DNA of 64,000 nt from an uncultured Nitrospiraceae bacterium (GCA_963705105.1 CAVPIW010000007.1:192001-256000), one strand, 5' to 3'. Counted from the stretch's first letter, positions 1-9,549 are shown. A program made the numbers and translations. Notes: generated by a model from the letters alone, not told the origin.

Positions 1-1
1 T

Positions 2-76
2 GGCTAACGCTACGGTTAAGTTGTCGGCAAAGAAGAGAAGCGTATTTGTCGATCCATCTTCAACCGCTTGTCTCCG
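2..76 (-). other. attC site (degenerate R'' box) closing the TA cassette
   Basis: Minus strand reads ACAAGCGGTTGAAG...CTTAACCGTAGC-GTTAGCC: paired L boxes with an extrahelical G and an R' box matching GTTRRRY at 6 of 7 positions. It overlaps the toxin stop codon. Confidence 0.7.
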
Positions 77-371
77 GCTGTCGTTCTTCAGGTTCATCAG
101 GCAACTGGGCGCTGTGCCATACAGCGATGATCCAGACTGTTTTGTCCTTGACCCTATAGAAAAAACGGTATGGGTTCACAATCACTTCACGAAAGGGGAG
201 GTCCGGAAACTCAGGGAGAAGTCTTCCTGATTGCGGAAAGTCCTTGAGACGGGAAAGCGTTTTTCCTGATTTCTGGAGAAAGGTCGCAGCAACCGAGGGA
301 CTGTCCCGGTGCATGTAGGCAATCGCTTCAAAAAACTGACGCCGGCCCGTTGGCGTAAAGAGAATTTTCAA
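60..371 (-). CDS. Type II toxin, RelE/ParE family
   Basis: 103 aa with FPQSGR..PE...REVIV.PYRFFYRV motif; overlaps the upstream antitoxin. Confidence 0.85.
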   Translation of the reverse strand: MKILFTPTGRRQFFEAIAYMHRDSPSVAATFLQKSGKTLSRLKDFPQSGRLLPEFPDLPFREVIVNPYRFFYRVKDKTVWIIAVWHSAQLPDEPEERQPETSG

Positions 372-649
372 GGTTTTGCAGCCTGAAGAAAGCGGTCCGC
401 TTCTTTCAACACATCTGCAAGCTCATGACCTATTCCTGCATCTATTTCCTTCTCACCTCGCGCTATCAGCCGCAAAACGTCGATTTCGCGCTGCGAGTTC
501 TCATAGGCATCCATACTGATCAAGACTGCTGCCGCTCGCCCCCGTTGGGTAATGAAAACCGGTTCTCTGGACGAGGACACGCCTTTGACAACATCGCTGG
601 CGTTTTGCCTGAGATCAGAGATGGGAATTATTTTTGGAACTCTTGACAT
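368..649 (-). CDS. Type II antitoxin, Phd/YefM family
   Basis: IPISDLRQNASDVV...PVFITQRGRAAAVL motif; AGGAGG RBS. Confidence 0.9.
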   Translation of the reverse strand: MSRVPKIIPISDLRQNASDVVKGVSSSREPVFITQRGRAAAVLISMDAYENSQREIDVLRLIARGEKEIDAGIGHELADVLKEADRFLQAAKP

Positions 650-675
650 AGATTGTACCTCCTATTGTTACTTTA

Positions 676-704
676 AGTGTACTATCAAAGATACCTTACG
701 TCAA
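676..704 (-). promoter_or_regulatory. Sigma70-like promoter of the TA cassette
   Basis: Minus strand TTGACG-17 bp-TACACT upstream of the antitoxin RBS. Confidence 0.6.
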
Positions 705-722
705 GTTAGTGTTCTTTTTGAG

Positions 723-790
723 GGGCAACGCCCAAGTTCACGGGGAGGCCGTGCACTGGAGCACACAGAGTGAATACGGGAAACGAACCT
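723..790 (-). other. Degenerate attC site
   Basis: Minus-strand 3' end GTGAACTTGGGC-GTTGCCC; imperfect IR CCCAAGTTCAC/GTGAATACGGG; R'' box not recognisable. Confidence 0.5.
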
Positions 791-1012
791 AAATCTGAAA
801 TCGCGCGGATTTCACCCATAACGAAAAAAAATAACCCGCTCGCGCAACCGAACAAAATTGAAAACGTGCCCTGCTGCTAAAGACTGACGGGCAAAAAGAA
901 CAGCCTGCGACCGCCAGCATAGCTATGACGCACAGAACTAACGCTACTATGAAATATACTTTTTTGCGTGACCCAATTTTCATGATTCGGCTATTCTTAC
1001 CCAAGGCTAACA

Positions 1013-1603
1013 TTAGATGACATAACGAGCTGGGATGACACCGTGTTTGAACATTTCGTACAGTTCCTGAGTTTCTTCTCTGGTATAAATATTCAACACC
1101 CTGACAATCTCACAGGCGAACTCAACACTGCCCAGTCCACTAGCTGTTATGAGGTTCTTGTCAGTGATTGCCAACTTGTCCACGTACAAATCATCATCTC
1201 TATAATCCGGTAGCATCGCATTCAGGTAACCCTTGGAGTTGCTCGTGTGCCTGTGGCCATGCATCAGTCCAGCCCGTGCAACTTCTAATGTTGCTCCGCA
1301 TATTGCGGCTATAACCGTTCCTTTTGCATGGAACTTATGGAGAAGTTCAATCACATCTTGATGTGGTCCTTGTTCCCACGTTTTTCCACCCGGCATGATG
1401 AAAATAGAAGCTTCATCGAGATGAATAGCATCAAGCATGGTATGAGGGGTGATCTTGTAGCCACCCATTGTGGTTATCGGATTTTCGGCAAATCCAACTG
1501 TTACTACATCAAACTTCCCTGACTTGTTAATCTCGCACAGTGCAAGCGCAGGCTCCCAATCCGCAAGGCCATCGAAAACAAGTAGGTATGCTTTTAATCG
1601 CAT
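1013..1603 (-). CDS. DJ-1/PfpI family (type 1 glutamine amidotransferase-like) protein, integron cassette
   Basis: FDGLADWE, MPGG, AAICGA nucleophile elbow, ITASG motifs. Confidence 0.9.
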   Translation of the reverse strand: MRLKAYLLVFDGLADWEPALALCEINKSGKFDVVTVGFAENPITTMGGYKITPHTMLDAIHLDEASIFIMPGGKTWEQGPHQDVIELLHKFHAKGTVIAAICGATLEVARAGLMHGHRHTSNSKGYLNAMLPDYRDDDLYVDKLAITDKNLITASGLGSVEFACEIVRVLNIYTREETQELYEMFKHGVIPARYVI

Positions 1604-1627
1604 TAGAACTTTACTCCTTTACGAGTC

Positions 1628-1708
1628 ATCTTACGCTGCGCATAACCGGCCCACAACAGCGGCGCGAGGCGCTGCTGTTGTGGGTCCGTGTTCATGCGCT
1701 TATTAGCT
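1628..1708 (-). other. attC site (both R boxes carry one mismatch)
   Basis: Minus strand AGCTAAT-AAGCG-CATGAAC...long hairpin CCCACAACAGC/GCTGTTGTGGG...GTTATGC-GCAGC-GTAAGAT. R'' AGCTAA is complementary to the GTTAGCT at attI (4265-4271). Confidence 0.8.
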
Positions 1709-2478
1709 GGCGCCGGTTCTGTGTCAGTAAAGTCCTGCCCTCGCATCTACGTCGCTTCGGGCCGGGACACCTTCGCAGGCGGGGCATTTACCCCGCCTTT
1801 GACCAAAGGGTAGCTTAGCGCCCCTTTGGAATCCCAGCATAGGGTTCCCCGTGGCAAGCCACGGGGCATAGTTTTTTCGTCAACACAGTTACTCAACGGG
1901 TTCACTCCGTCATGTGTTTCGCCGGACAGCGCGTATCCAACCAACCAGCAAGAAAATCCCGAGGCAACTGCCCGCGACTATCCAGCGGACGTCCGGGACA
2001 ACAAGTTCGCCAGAGACAGGGGTCAGCACGACTTTGAGCGACGCCAGTTTATAGGGCATCACCTTGAGGTATTCAGGATTGGTGACCAGATCAAAAAACG
2101 TCCGCCGCCCCGGATAGCGAACGACAAGAACGCGGTCCCAATTATCCAACTCGGGCTCAAAAACGATCAAATTGGATTTCTTCTGCCCGCTCGAAATCCG
2201 CATCGAGTTACCGCCCACAATCGGATAACCGCCCGACCTAAGCAAAATGGGGACGACGACATCCTCATAGTGGACATTGGCCTCAATTGGCGTCATGGTT
2301 GTTGGCACGCCTGGGAATTGCTTGATCTGCTCGTAGAAACGCATGACATTCAGCATGAATACGGGCCGACCGTCATCGCTCTCGCCCCATGCGCGCAAGC
2401 GAGTAAGAAACTCGTTGCGCTCCTCCCATTCGACCGGCCGGAATATGTCAATGATTTTGAGACACCTGTCGTCCGCAT

Positions 2479-3495
2479 TTAGTGTACTACTTCCTCACTC
2501 TCAGCAGCCGTTTTCGACTTGTTGATCCATGCCGCCTCCGGCAACGCGGGCGGCACAGGGATTCTCTTAACAAAGCGCTCCGGATGTGCCTCAAAGGCAG
2601 CCCGCAGAACCTCAATCCTCGTGTTCCTGACATCTCCGGCACGACCATAGTGGACAACGTCGGGCGTGAGCAGTCCGATGCCGGAGTGACGATGGTCCTT
2701 GTTATACCAAGGGAAGAAGTCTTGGCAGAAGCTCCGGGAGTCCTCAAGGCTGCCGAAGCGTTCCGGGAAGTCCGGCCGATACTTGAGTGTCTTGAACTGG
2801 GCCTCGGAGTAAGGGTTATCGTCACTGGTATAGGGCCTGCTGTGGGTCTTCGTCACCCCCAGGTCAGCCAGAAGCAAGGCGACCGGCTTTGACTTCATGG
2901 AGGAGCCCCGATCTGCGTGAATCGTCAACTGTCCTTTGATGATCTGCTGCTTTGCACAAGTCTCTTTGATGAGCTTCTGGGCCAAGGCAGCCGATTCAGT
3001 TGCCGCCACCATCCAGCCCACAACATAGCGGCTGAAGATATCCAGGATGACATAGAGGTAGAAGTAGGTCCACTTTACGGGACCAAGGAGCTTGGTGATA
3101 TCCCAGGACCACACCTGATTGGGCGCCGTGGCAAGAAGTTCAGGTTTCTGATACACCGGGCGGCTCACCTGGTGTCTCCGTTCCCTGACCTCCTGGTTGT
3201 CTTCCAGAATGCGGTACATGGTCCGGATGGAGCAGTGATAGGCACCTTCATCCAAAAGAGTTGCATACACCTCAGGGGGTGCCTTGTCCACGAATCGTTC
3301 GCTGTGCAGGTGATCCAGGACTGCCTGCCGCTCCTGGACAGATAATGCACGAGGAGGGCTCGGTCGCTTCCGGGGTTCCGCCAAAGGCGCGCTCTTCCTT
3401 GTCAGCTCCCGATAGTACTGACAGCGGGCGATATCGAGCGACGCACAGGCCGCCTTGATACCGACATCAACGGACAGGGTGACGGCGGCCTCCAT
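2479..3495 (-). CDS. IS3-family transposase OrfB (DDE)
   Basis: WSWDIT, LDIFSRYVVGW, IHADRGS, DNPYSEAQFKTLK, YN..HRHSGI motifs. Confidence 0.95.
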   Translation of the reverse strand: MEAAVTLSVDVGIKAACASLDIARCQYYRELTRKSAPLAEPRKRPSPPRALSVQERQAVLDHLHSERFVDKAPPEVYATLLDEGAYHCSIRTMYRILEDNQEVRERRHQVSRPVYQKPELLATAPNQVWSWDITKLLGPVKWTYFYLYVILDIFSRYVVGWMVAATESAALAQKLIKETCAKQQIIKGQLTIHADRGSSMKSKPVALLLADLGVTKTHSRPYTSDDNPYSEAQFKTLKYRPDFPERFGSLEDSRSFCQDFFPWYNKDHRHSGIGLLTPDVVHYGRAGDVRNTRIEVLRAAFEAHPERFVKRIPVPPALPEAAWINKSKTAAESEEVVH

Positions 3496-4004
3496 CAGTC
3501 GTTGCCTCCCTCGTCGGTCCCCTCCAGGGGTGCCCCCAACATCTGGGATACTTTTTTTTGAACGTCAATGATGATCTCGGCTCGTCTCAGGCGATCCCTC
3601 AGCCGCTCATTGTCCCGGCGAAGTTTCTCATTTTCCTCAATGAGTGGATTGCGCACGGTCTCCTTGCGTCCACGTTTCTTGGGGGCAAGTGCAGAGAGCA
3701 CTCCCTGCGCCCTCTGGCGGCGCCAGGTCGTCAGGTTCGACGAATACAGTCCCTCACGACGAAGAAGCGCTCCCAGACTCCCCGGGTCGGTGCACGCATT
3801 GGCCTGCTTCAATATGCGAAGCTTGTACTCAGCAGGAAAGCGCCGCCGGGTGGCCTTGTCTGCTACCTCGGGGTCAGGAGTCGTGCTCGCCGGCACCAAC
3901 GGATATCCGGCTTGTTTCGCCCCCACAGCCTCTCTCTTCAAGTTCTCCGTCTCCATCAAAAGCATCTCCAGTCCCTCGGTTGCTCTCATCTCTTCAGCTA
4001 TCAT
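3495..4004 (-). CDS. IS3-family transposase OrfA (HTH)
   Basis: RRRFPAEYKLRIL...LLRREGLYSSNLTTWRRQ; A8G slippery run near 3550. Confidence 0.9.
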   Translation of the reverse strand: MIAEEMRATEGLEMLLMETENLKREAVGAKQAGYPLVPASTTPDPEVADKATRRRFPAEYKLRILKQANACTDPGSLGALLRREGLYSSNLTTWRRQRAQGVLSALAPKKRGRKETVRNPLIEENEKLRRDNERLRDRLRRAEIIIDVQKKVSQMLGAPLEGTDEGGND

Positions 4005-4264
4005 GTTGTCTATTCCTCCCCGCCCTCTACTCTAATTTACTATAGGGGAGGTGTCTCAGTTATATTGACACAGAGGGGGCACGCTTTTCTCCAGAATGCC
4101 GATATAGCGATCGACCTCCGACCTGGAAAGCGTGCTGGCAGACTGCCAGGCCGAGACACCAAAAAACACTGCAACCAACACAGCACCAAGAACAAACTCA
4201 ACAAGATATCTCTTCATTTCTGATTCTCCTATTTCAGGTTCGTTGCCAGTCATGGATTCGCGCC

Positions 4265-4350
4265 AGCTAACATTATTCTTTAGCTGCCGACTGTATTTTC
4301 TCACAGCATAGCGGAAAAAAGAGGTCGAGTCAATCAGAAAGACGTGTTTT
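4265..4350 (-). other. attI site and flank, copy 1
   Basis: Minus strand ...GAATAAT-GTTAGCT, between divergent intI and the first cassette. Confidence 0.7.
4305..4333 (-). promoter_or_regulatory. Cassette promoter Pc, copy 1
   Basis: TTGACT-17 bp-TATGCT pointing into the cassette array. Confidence 0.65.
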
Positions 4351-4403
4351 TGGCTACGTTTTGGGGCTAAAGCAGCCGTCTTATATTACCGAAACGGTAT
4401 ATT

Positions 4404-4850
4404 ATGCAGTCGCCGCATAATAACCAAGATTTGTTATTCGAGGACTTTCAGGACTTCCTCGCTCGAAAACACCATGGCCCTGAAAAGCGACTGCCCTACT
4501 ATCTCCGCTGGGTGAGTCGTTTTCACGAATTCTGTAATCGCAGCAAGATTGACGATAACGCCCCGGACAGCATCGCAGCGTATGTCCATGATCTGGAAAA
4601 ATACCTCGAAGACAGGCAGGTGCAGCAGGCCAAGGAAGCGGTCCGCCTTTTCCGCTACTTCACGGGAGTGCAGAAAACAGTAACAGCCATCCCGCAGGAT
4701 GGGGCTGGGCAAGACTTGTGACAAAATATCGAGGACGAATTCATCAGAGCGCTCCGTCTGCGGCACCGGTCGCACAGGACTGAGCAGAGCTACCTTCATT
4801 GGGTCAGACGGTTCAGCGCGTACCTTGCATTTAAAGAGCCTGAGTTGTCA
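4404..4850 (+). pseudogene. intI: Integron integrase remnant: two N-terminal SAM-like domains, in-frame TGA at 4719-4721, catalytic domain missing
   Basis: PYYLRWVSRF, then after the stop LRLRHRSHRTEQSYLHWVRRF, the typical IntI N-terminal motif; divergent from attI. Confidence 0.8.
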
Positions 4851-4944
4851 ATAAACAGGTGGGTGTCCCTTTTACCCATCCCCGCGCCGGCGATCAGAAC
4901 GTCAGCTTTGTGCTGCACGCTTTGCACAGGGCGGTCTGAGTGCT

Positions 4945-6480
4945 TCATAGGTATCGGCTCTCCAACCGAGCAAGAAGCTCTTCGGCTTGCTGGGTAATCT
5001 GCTGCCGTTGCTTCGCAGCCATGCGTGCCAGCGACCGGTAGGGCAGGCCCATTCGCGGGTTGGGCTTGAGTCGCGCCTCGTTCACAATCAAGAAGTGCCA
5101 ATACAGGTAATTGAATGGGCAGGCCTTGGGACCGAGCTTGATCTTCGGATCATAGACGCAGCCAGAACAATAGTCCGACATGCGATCAATGTAGGCGCCG
5201 GAAGCCGCATAGGGCTTCGAGCCCAACAAGCCTCCATCGGCGTGCAACGCCATGCCGTGTGTGTTCGGCATTTCGACCCACTCGAAGGCATCGGCATAGA
5301 CGCTGAGGTACCACTCCTCCACTTGAGCGGGCGACACTCCGGTCAGCAGGGCGAAATTGCCGGTGATCATCAGCCGCTGGATGTGGTGCGCGTATGCGTT
5401 GCGGCGGGTGGCCTCGATGACCTCCCGCAGGCACTTCATGTCGGTCTCCCCTGTCCAATAGAAGTCCGGGAGCGGGCGCTCCGCGTTCAAGAAGTTGGTC
5501 TGTGCATAGTCGGGCATCTTCATCCAGTAGACGCCGCGCACATACTCGCGCCAGCCCAGAATCTGCCGAACAAACCCCTCGACTGCTGATAGTGGCGCCG
5601 AGCCCTGGTGGTAGGCAGCCAGTATGGCCTCGCATACCTCTCGGGGACTCAGCAGCCCGATGTTGATATATGGCGACAAGACCGAATGGAACAGGAAATC
5701 CTGCCCTGCTTTCATCGCATCCTGGTAATCCCCGAACTGAGGCAGGAAGTTCGTGATGAAGTGTTGCAGGGCTTTCAGCGCGTCTTCTCGCGTCACGGCC
5801 CAGTCGAAGGACTCCAAATCACCGAAATGATCGGCAAAGCGCTTCCGGACCAGCGTCATCACATCGCGTGTTGTGGCGTCCGGAACGAAGCGACGGCCGG
5901 GTGGCACCGGAAAGCTCCGGGGCAGTTTCTTGCGATTCTCTGCGTCATAGTTCCAACGACCGCCCTCGGGCTTGTCACCCGTCATGAGCCAACCGGTCTT
6001 GCGCCGCATGTGACGGTAAAAGTACTCCAGCCGAAAGCTCCTGCCTCCCTTTGCCCAGTCTGCGAATTCAGCCCGCGAGCAAAGAAACCGATCATCGTCA
6101 CGACACTCAACCGGCGTATCGAATACCTCGCGCCAGGTCTGCATCATTTCCCACACGCGCCACTCCCCCGGGTGCGTGACAACGATACGGTCTGCGTGAT
6201 GACGTGAGAGCGCCCGGCCCAGTTCCCCGGTGAACGAGCCCGAATTGCCTTTGTCGTCAAGTTGGACGTAGTCCATGCACATGCCTTCGGCACGAAGGGA
6301 CTCGGCAAAGTGACGCATCGCCGAGAGCACCAGGACAAGCTTCTGCTTGTGATGCCGCACATACGTGGTTTCGTCGTGCACCTCGGCCATGAACACGACA
6401 TCGCGGGTGTGATCCATGTCGCGCAGTGCGCTGATTGCACGGCAAAGCTGATCGCCCAGAACCAGCCTGAGTGTCTTGAT
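4945..6480 (-). CDS. Cryptochrome/photolyase, FeS-BCP ((6-4) photolyase, PhrB-like) class
   Basis: HHKQKL, EGGRWNYDAENR, YQDAM, RQILGWREY, YAHHIQRLM, MSDYC..C.Y...ACPFN motifs. The conserved LVLGDQL lies upstream of the first ATG (6417); the in-frame codon at 6480 is ATC. Confidence 0.9.
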   Translation of the reverse strand: MKTLRLVLGDQLCRAISALRDMDHTRDVVFMAEVHDETTYVRHHKQKLVLVLSAMRHFAESLRAEGMCMDYVQLDDKGNSGSFTGELGRALSRHHADRIVVTHPGEWRVWEMMQTWREVFDTPVECRDDDRFLCSRAEFADWAKGGRSFRLEYFYRHMRRKTGWLMTGDKPEGGRWNYDAENRKKLPRSFPVPPGRRFVPDATTRDVMTLVRKRFADHFGDLESFDWAVTREDALKALQHFITNFLPQFGDYQDAMKAGQDFLFHSVLSPYINIGLLSPREVCEAILAAYHQGSAPLSAVEGFVRQILGWREYVRGVYWMKMPDYAQTNFLNAERPLPDFYWTGETDMKCLREVIEATRRNAYAHHIQRLMITGNFALLTGVSPAQVEEWYLSVYADAFEWVEMPNTHGMALHADGGLLGSKPYAASGAYIDRMSDYCSGCVYDPKIKLGPKACPFNYLYWHFLIVNEARLKPNPRMGLPYRSLARMAAKQRQQITQQAEELLARLESRYL

Positions 6481-6491
6481 AGGGAGCCCTC

Positions 6492-7220
6492 TCAGCCCTT
6501 GGTTCGCAGTGTTGAGCGACCGCCGTCGACACCGATGATCTGGCCCGTGATCCAGTCAGCTTCCGGAGAGAGCAGGAAGGCGGTGATCGCCGCAATATCT
6601 TCGGGGGTGCCCAGCCGCTGCAGCGCATGCAGTTCGGCGATGGACGCCGTCATCTTTACGTTCGACAGGATATCCTTGACTAGCTGCGTGCGCGTAAGTG
6701 AAGGGGCGATGGCATTGACGCGCACTCTTGGTGCGAGCTCACTTGCCAAGGATAGGGTCAGTCCGTTCACAGCCCCCTTTGCCATCCCTATCGACCCATG
6801 GAAGGCAAAGCCCTGCAGGGCCGCTACGCTGGAGAACAGTACTACGGAAGCGATCCCCGTACTCTTCTTGAGCGCCGGTACCGCCGCTTGAATGGCAAGC
6901 GCGGCGCCCATCGCATTGACCCGGAAATCGTTCAAGAAATCGGCTTCGGTGAGGCGTTGGAGACTACGCAGAGTGATGGTACCCACAGCATAGACAAGAC
7001 CATCCAATGGAACTCCGGCATCTTCCGCCACACGGGAAAAGAGGCGCCCATCACTTACGTCCCCCGTCGTGAAGGTGGCCTCAAGCTCAGCCGCAAGGGC
7101 GGACAACTTGTCCTCGCTCCGCCCGACCAGGTGAAGATCGTAGCCACGCGCTCGAAGGATACGGGCCGTGGCTGAACCAATGCCGCCAGAACCGCCATAG
7201 ATTAGGACTTTAGGTGCCAT
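6492..7220 (-). CDS. Short-chain dehydrogenase/reductase
   Basis: GGSGGIG, FSS, RVNAIAP, WITGQIIGVDGG motifs; atypical HxxxxxxK in place of YxxxK. Confidence 0.9.
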   Translation of the reverse strand: MAPKVLIYGGSGGIGSATARILRARGYDLHLVGRSEDKLSALAAELEATFTTGDVSDGRLFSRVAEDAGVPLDGLVYAVGTITLRSLQRLTEADFLNDFRVNAMGAALAIQAAVPALKKSTGIASVVLFSSVAALQGFAFHGSIGMAKGAVNGLTLSLASELAPRVRVNAIAPSLTRTQLVKDILSNVKMTASIAELHALQRLGTPEDIAAITAFLLSPEADWITGQIIGVDGGRSTLRTKG

Positions 7221-7293
7221 GACAACTTCTCCCTTCTTGAAATGAACTCCTGCTGAGTGGTCACGGTTGAACGCTATGAAGAATCAGCAGGCT

Positions 7294-7378
7294 GCCCAAC
7301 ATTATATTTCAGCTGCCGACTGTCTTTTCTTAAATCATAGCGGACAAGCAGGGGTGAGTCAAGCAGAAGGACAGGTTT
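7294..7378 (-). other. attI-like site and flank, copy 2, with Pc (TTGACT-17-TATGAT at 7334-7362)
   Basis: About 80 bp similar to 4269-4349; similarity ends exactly at the AAC; minus strand GTTGGGC matches GTTRRRY. Confidence 0.7.
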
Positions 7379-7453
7379 GCATGTCTTCTGAAGTCCGGGT
7401 CCCCAGCAGCGGCGGGTTTTTACCCGCCGCGACTTTCTATGGTATTGTAAGAC

Positions 7454-8506
7454 ATGAGGAAAAACATAAAGCTGCTCATCGCGGGCTTTGTATTTCTCGC
7501 ATCCGCATACGTGGTCGTTCAGCTCTTCGTTCCTCTCCACTTTGACGACCGCCCTGTCGAGGTCCTTATCCCCGAGGGGACCTCCTTCCGGCAGGCCCTC
7601 GACATCCTCATACAGACAGGGCTCATGAGGGACAAAAACGTATTCATCATCCTCGGAAGACTGACGGGAGCGGACAGGAAGATACGGGCCGGGTACTACT
7701 CCTTCCGTGAGAAGATGATGCCCATACAAGTTTACGATCTTCTGAAAAAGGGCAAGATCATCGAATATGACGTCACGATCGTCGAGGGGGACAGCCTGGC
7801 GGAAATCGGCGAAAAGCTCGCCTCCTTCGGCCTCGTTTCCGCCGAAGAATTCAACTCCCTGTCCCGGGACAGGGAATTTCTCCGGTCCCTCTTCGTGGAA
7901 GCGCCGAGCCTCGAGGGGTATCTCTTCCCCCAAACCTACCGCATCCCCAAGGGCGCATTACCTCAAACGATCATGAGGGTCATGGTCCAGAAGCTGAGAG
8001 AAGAGTATAACGAAAAGCTGAAGCAGAGGACGAAAACCATGGGTTGGACCGAACATGAGGCGCTCACCCTCGCCTCGATCATCGAGAAGGAAGCCGTCGT
8101 GGACACCGAGAGGACGATCATCTCCGCGGTCTACCATAACAGGATGAAGAAGGGGATGCCCCTGCAGGCCGATCCCACCGCCGTGTACGGCGTTAAGAGC
8201 TCGAAACAGAAGATCCTGAAGAAGGATCTCCTGAATAAGACGGACTACAACACCTACGTCATCGCGGGACTGCCGCCGGGCCCCATCGCCTCGCCCGGAT
8301 TGAAATCGATCGTGGCCGCCCTCTATCCTGCCAATGTCCCCTACTTCTATTTCGTCTCCAAAAGGGACGGCACCCATCACTTCTCGGAGACCCTGGAGGA
8401 GCATCTCGACGCGATCAGGAGAGTGAAGGCGCAAAAGGAACAGGCGCCGGAGCAGGACGACACCGTCAGCGAGTCGTCTGAGGAAGAACCGCAGAGAAAA
8501 TCATGA
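7454..8506 (+). CDS. mltG: Endolytic transglycosylase MltG
   Basis: LEGYLFP.TY, LASIIEKE, LQADPT, YNTY...GLPPGPI motifs. Confidence 0.95.
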   Translation: MRKNIKLLIAGFVFLASAYVVVQLFVPLHFDDRPVEVLIPEGTSFRQALDILIQTGLMRDKNVFIILGRLTGADRKIRAGYYSFREKMMPIQVYDLLKKGKIIEYDVTIVEGDSLAEIGEKLASFGLVSAEEFNSLSRDREFLRSLFVEAPSLEGYLFPQTYRIPKGALPQTIMRVMVQKLREEYNEKLKQRTKTMGWTEHEALTLASIIEKEAVVDTERTIISAVYHNRMKKGMPLQADPTAVYGVKSSKQKILKKDLLNKTDYNTYVIAGLPPGPIASPGLKSIVAALYPANVPYFYFVSKRDGTHHFSETLEEHLDAIRRVKAQKEQAPEQDDTVSESSEEEPQRKS

Positions 8507-9549
8507 GGCGGCAGACGCGGACGGTATATGTCGGACCGGTGGCCATCGGAGGCAAAAGCCCCATATCGGTCCAGTCGATGACGAAGACGGACACGCGCGA
8601 TGTGGACGCCACGGTCCGTCAGATCAACTCCCTCGCGTCATCGGGCTGCGAGATCGTCCGGCTGGCCGTGCCTGACCGCCAGGCAGCGGAAGCCCTCGGC
8701 GCAATCAGGAGGGCCGTCGCAATCCCCCTCATCGCCGACATCCACTTCGACTGGCAGTTGGCTCTCGAGGCGATCAGGCAGGGCGTCGACGGCCTGAGGA
8801 TCAACCCGGGAAATATCGGGGCGCTCCGGAAGGTGCGGGAGGTCGTCTCGTCCGCCCGGGAGCGGTCTGTCCCCATCCGTATCGGCGTCAACGCCGGCTC
8901 CCTCGAGAAGGACCTGCTCAGGAAATACGCCCATCCCACGGCGCAGGCCCTCGTCGAGAGCGCCGAAAGACACATCCGCATCCTGGAAGACATGAACTTT
9001 GCAGCCATCAAGGTCTCCCTGAAGGCCTCGGGCGTGATGAAGACCGTGGAGGCCTACCGGCTCTTCTCGGAGCGGTATGATTATCCCCTTCATGTGGGTA
9101 TTTCCGAGGCGGGGCCCCCTTTCACGGGGACGATCAAGAGCTCCGTCGGCCTCGGCATACTCCTCTCCGAGGGCATCGGCGACACCGTCCGGGTGTCCCT
9201 CACCGCCTCCCCCGAAGAGGAGGTGCGGGTCGCGTACGAAATACTCAAATCCCTCGGTCTGAGGCAGAGGGGCCCCGACATCATCTCCTGCCCCACCTGC
9301 GGGAGGTGTCAGATCGATCTGCGGCCCCTGGCCGAGCAGGTCGAGGAAGCGCTGAGGTCGATCACGAGGCCTGTCACCGTCGCGGTCATGGGATGCAGAG
9401 TCAACGGCCCCGGTGAAGCGCGGGAGGCCGATTACGGCGTCGCCGGAGGCAGTGGCAAGGCCGTTCTCTTCAAAAAGGGGAAGACCGTCCGCACCGTCAA
9501 AGAGTCGGACCTGCTCCCCGCCCTGCTCGACCTCATAAATGAGCCCTGA
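8503..9549 (+). CDS. ispG: HMBPP synthase
   Basis: SVQSMT, ADIHF, RINPGNIG, SCPTCGR, AVMGC.VNGPGE motifs. Confidence 0.97.
   Translation: MRRQTRTVYVGPVAIGGKSPISVQSMTKTDTRDVDATVRQINSLASSGCEIVRLAVPDRQAAEALGAIRRAVAIPLIADIHFDWQLALEAIRQGVDGLRINPGNIGALRKVREVVSSARERSVPIRIGVNAGSLEKDLLRKYAHPTAQALVESAERHIRILEDMNFAAIKVSLKASGVMKTVEAYRLFSERYDYPLHVGISEAGPPFTGTIKSSVGLGILLSEGIGDTVRVSLTASPEEEVRVAYEILKSLGLRQRGPDIISCPTCGRCQIDLRPLAEQVEEALRSITRPVTVAVMGCRVNGPGEAREADYGVAGGSGKAVLFKKGKTVRTVKESDLLPALLDLINEP

Larger units (their letters stand above)
2446..4070 (-). mobile_element. IS3-family insertion sequence
   Basis: Terminal IRs TGTCAATGATTTTGAGACACCT and TGTCAATATAACTGAGACACCT (17/22 match); orfA + orfB; no clear target duplication. 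Confidence 0.9.
1910..4217 (-). pseudogene. DUF1330-like membrane-anchored protein split by the IS3-family element (N-part 4071-4217, C-part 1910-2445)
   Basis: C-part has PVFMLNVMRF and WDRVLVVRYP..R.F..L...PEY motifs; the hydrophobic N-part ends at the IS terminus. Confidence 0.7.

Noticed and set aside
789..1013. 74-aa minus-strand ORF between DJ-1 and the TA cassette
   Set aside because: AT-rich with no recognisable motif; could be a cassette remnant but cannot be supported
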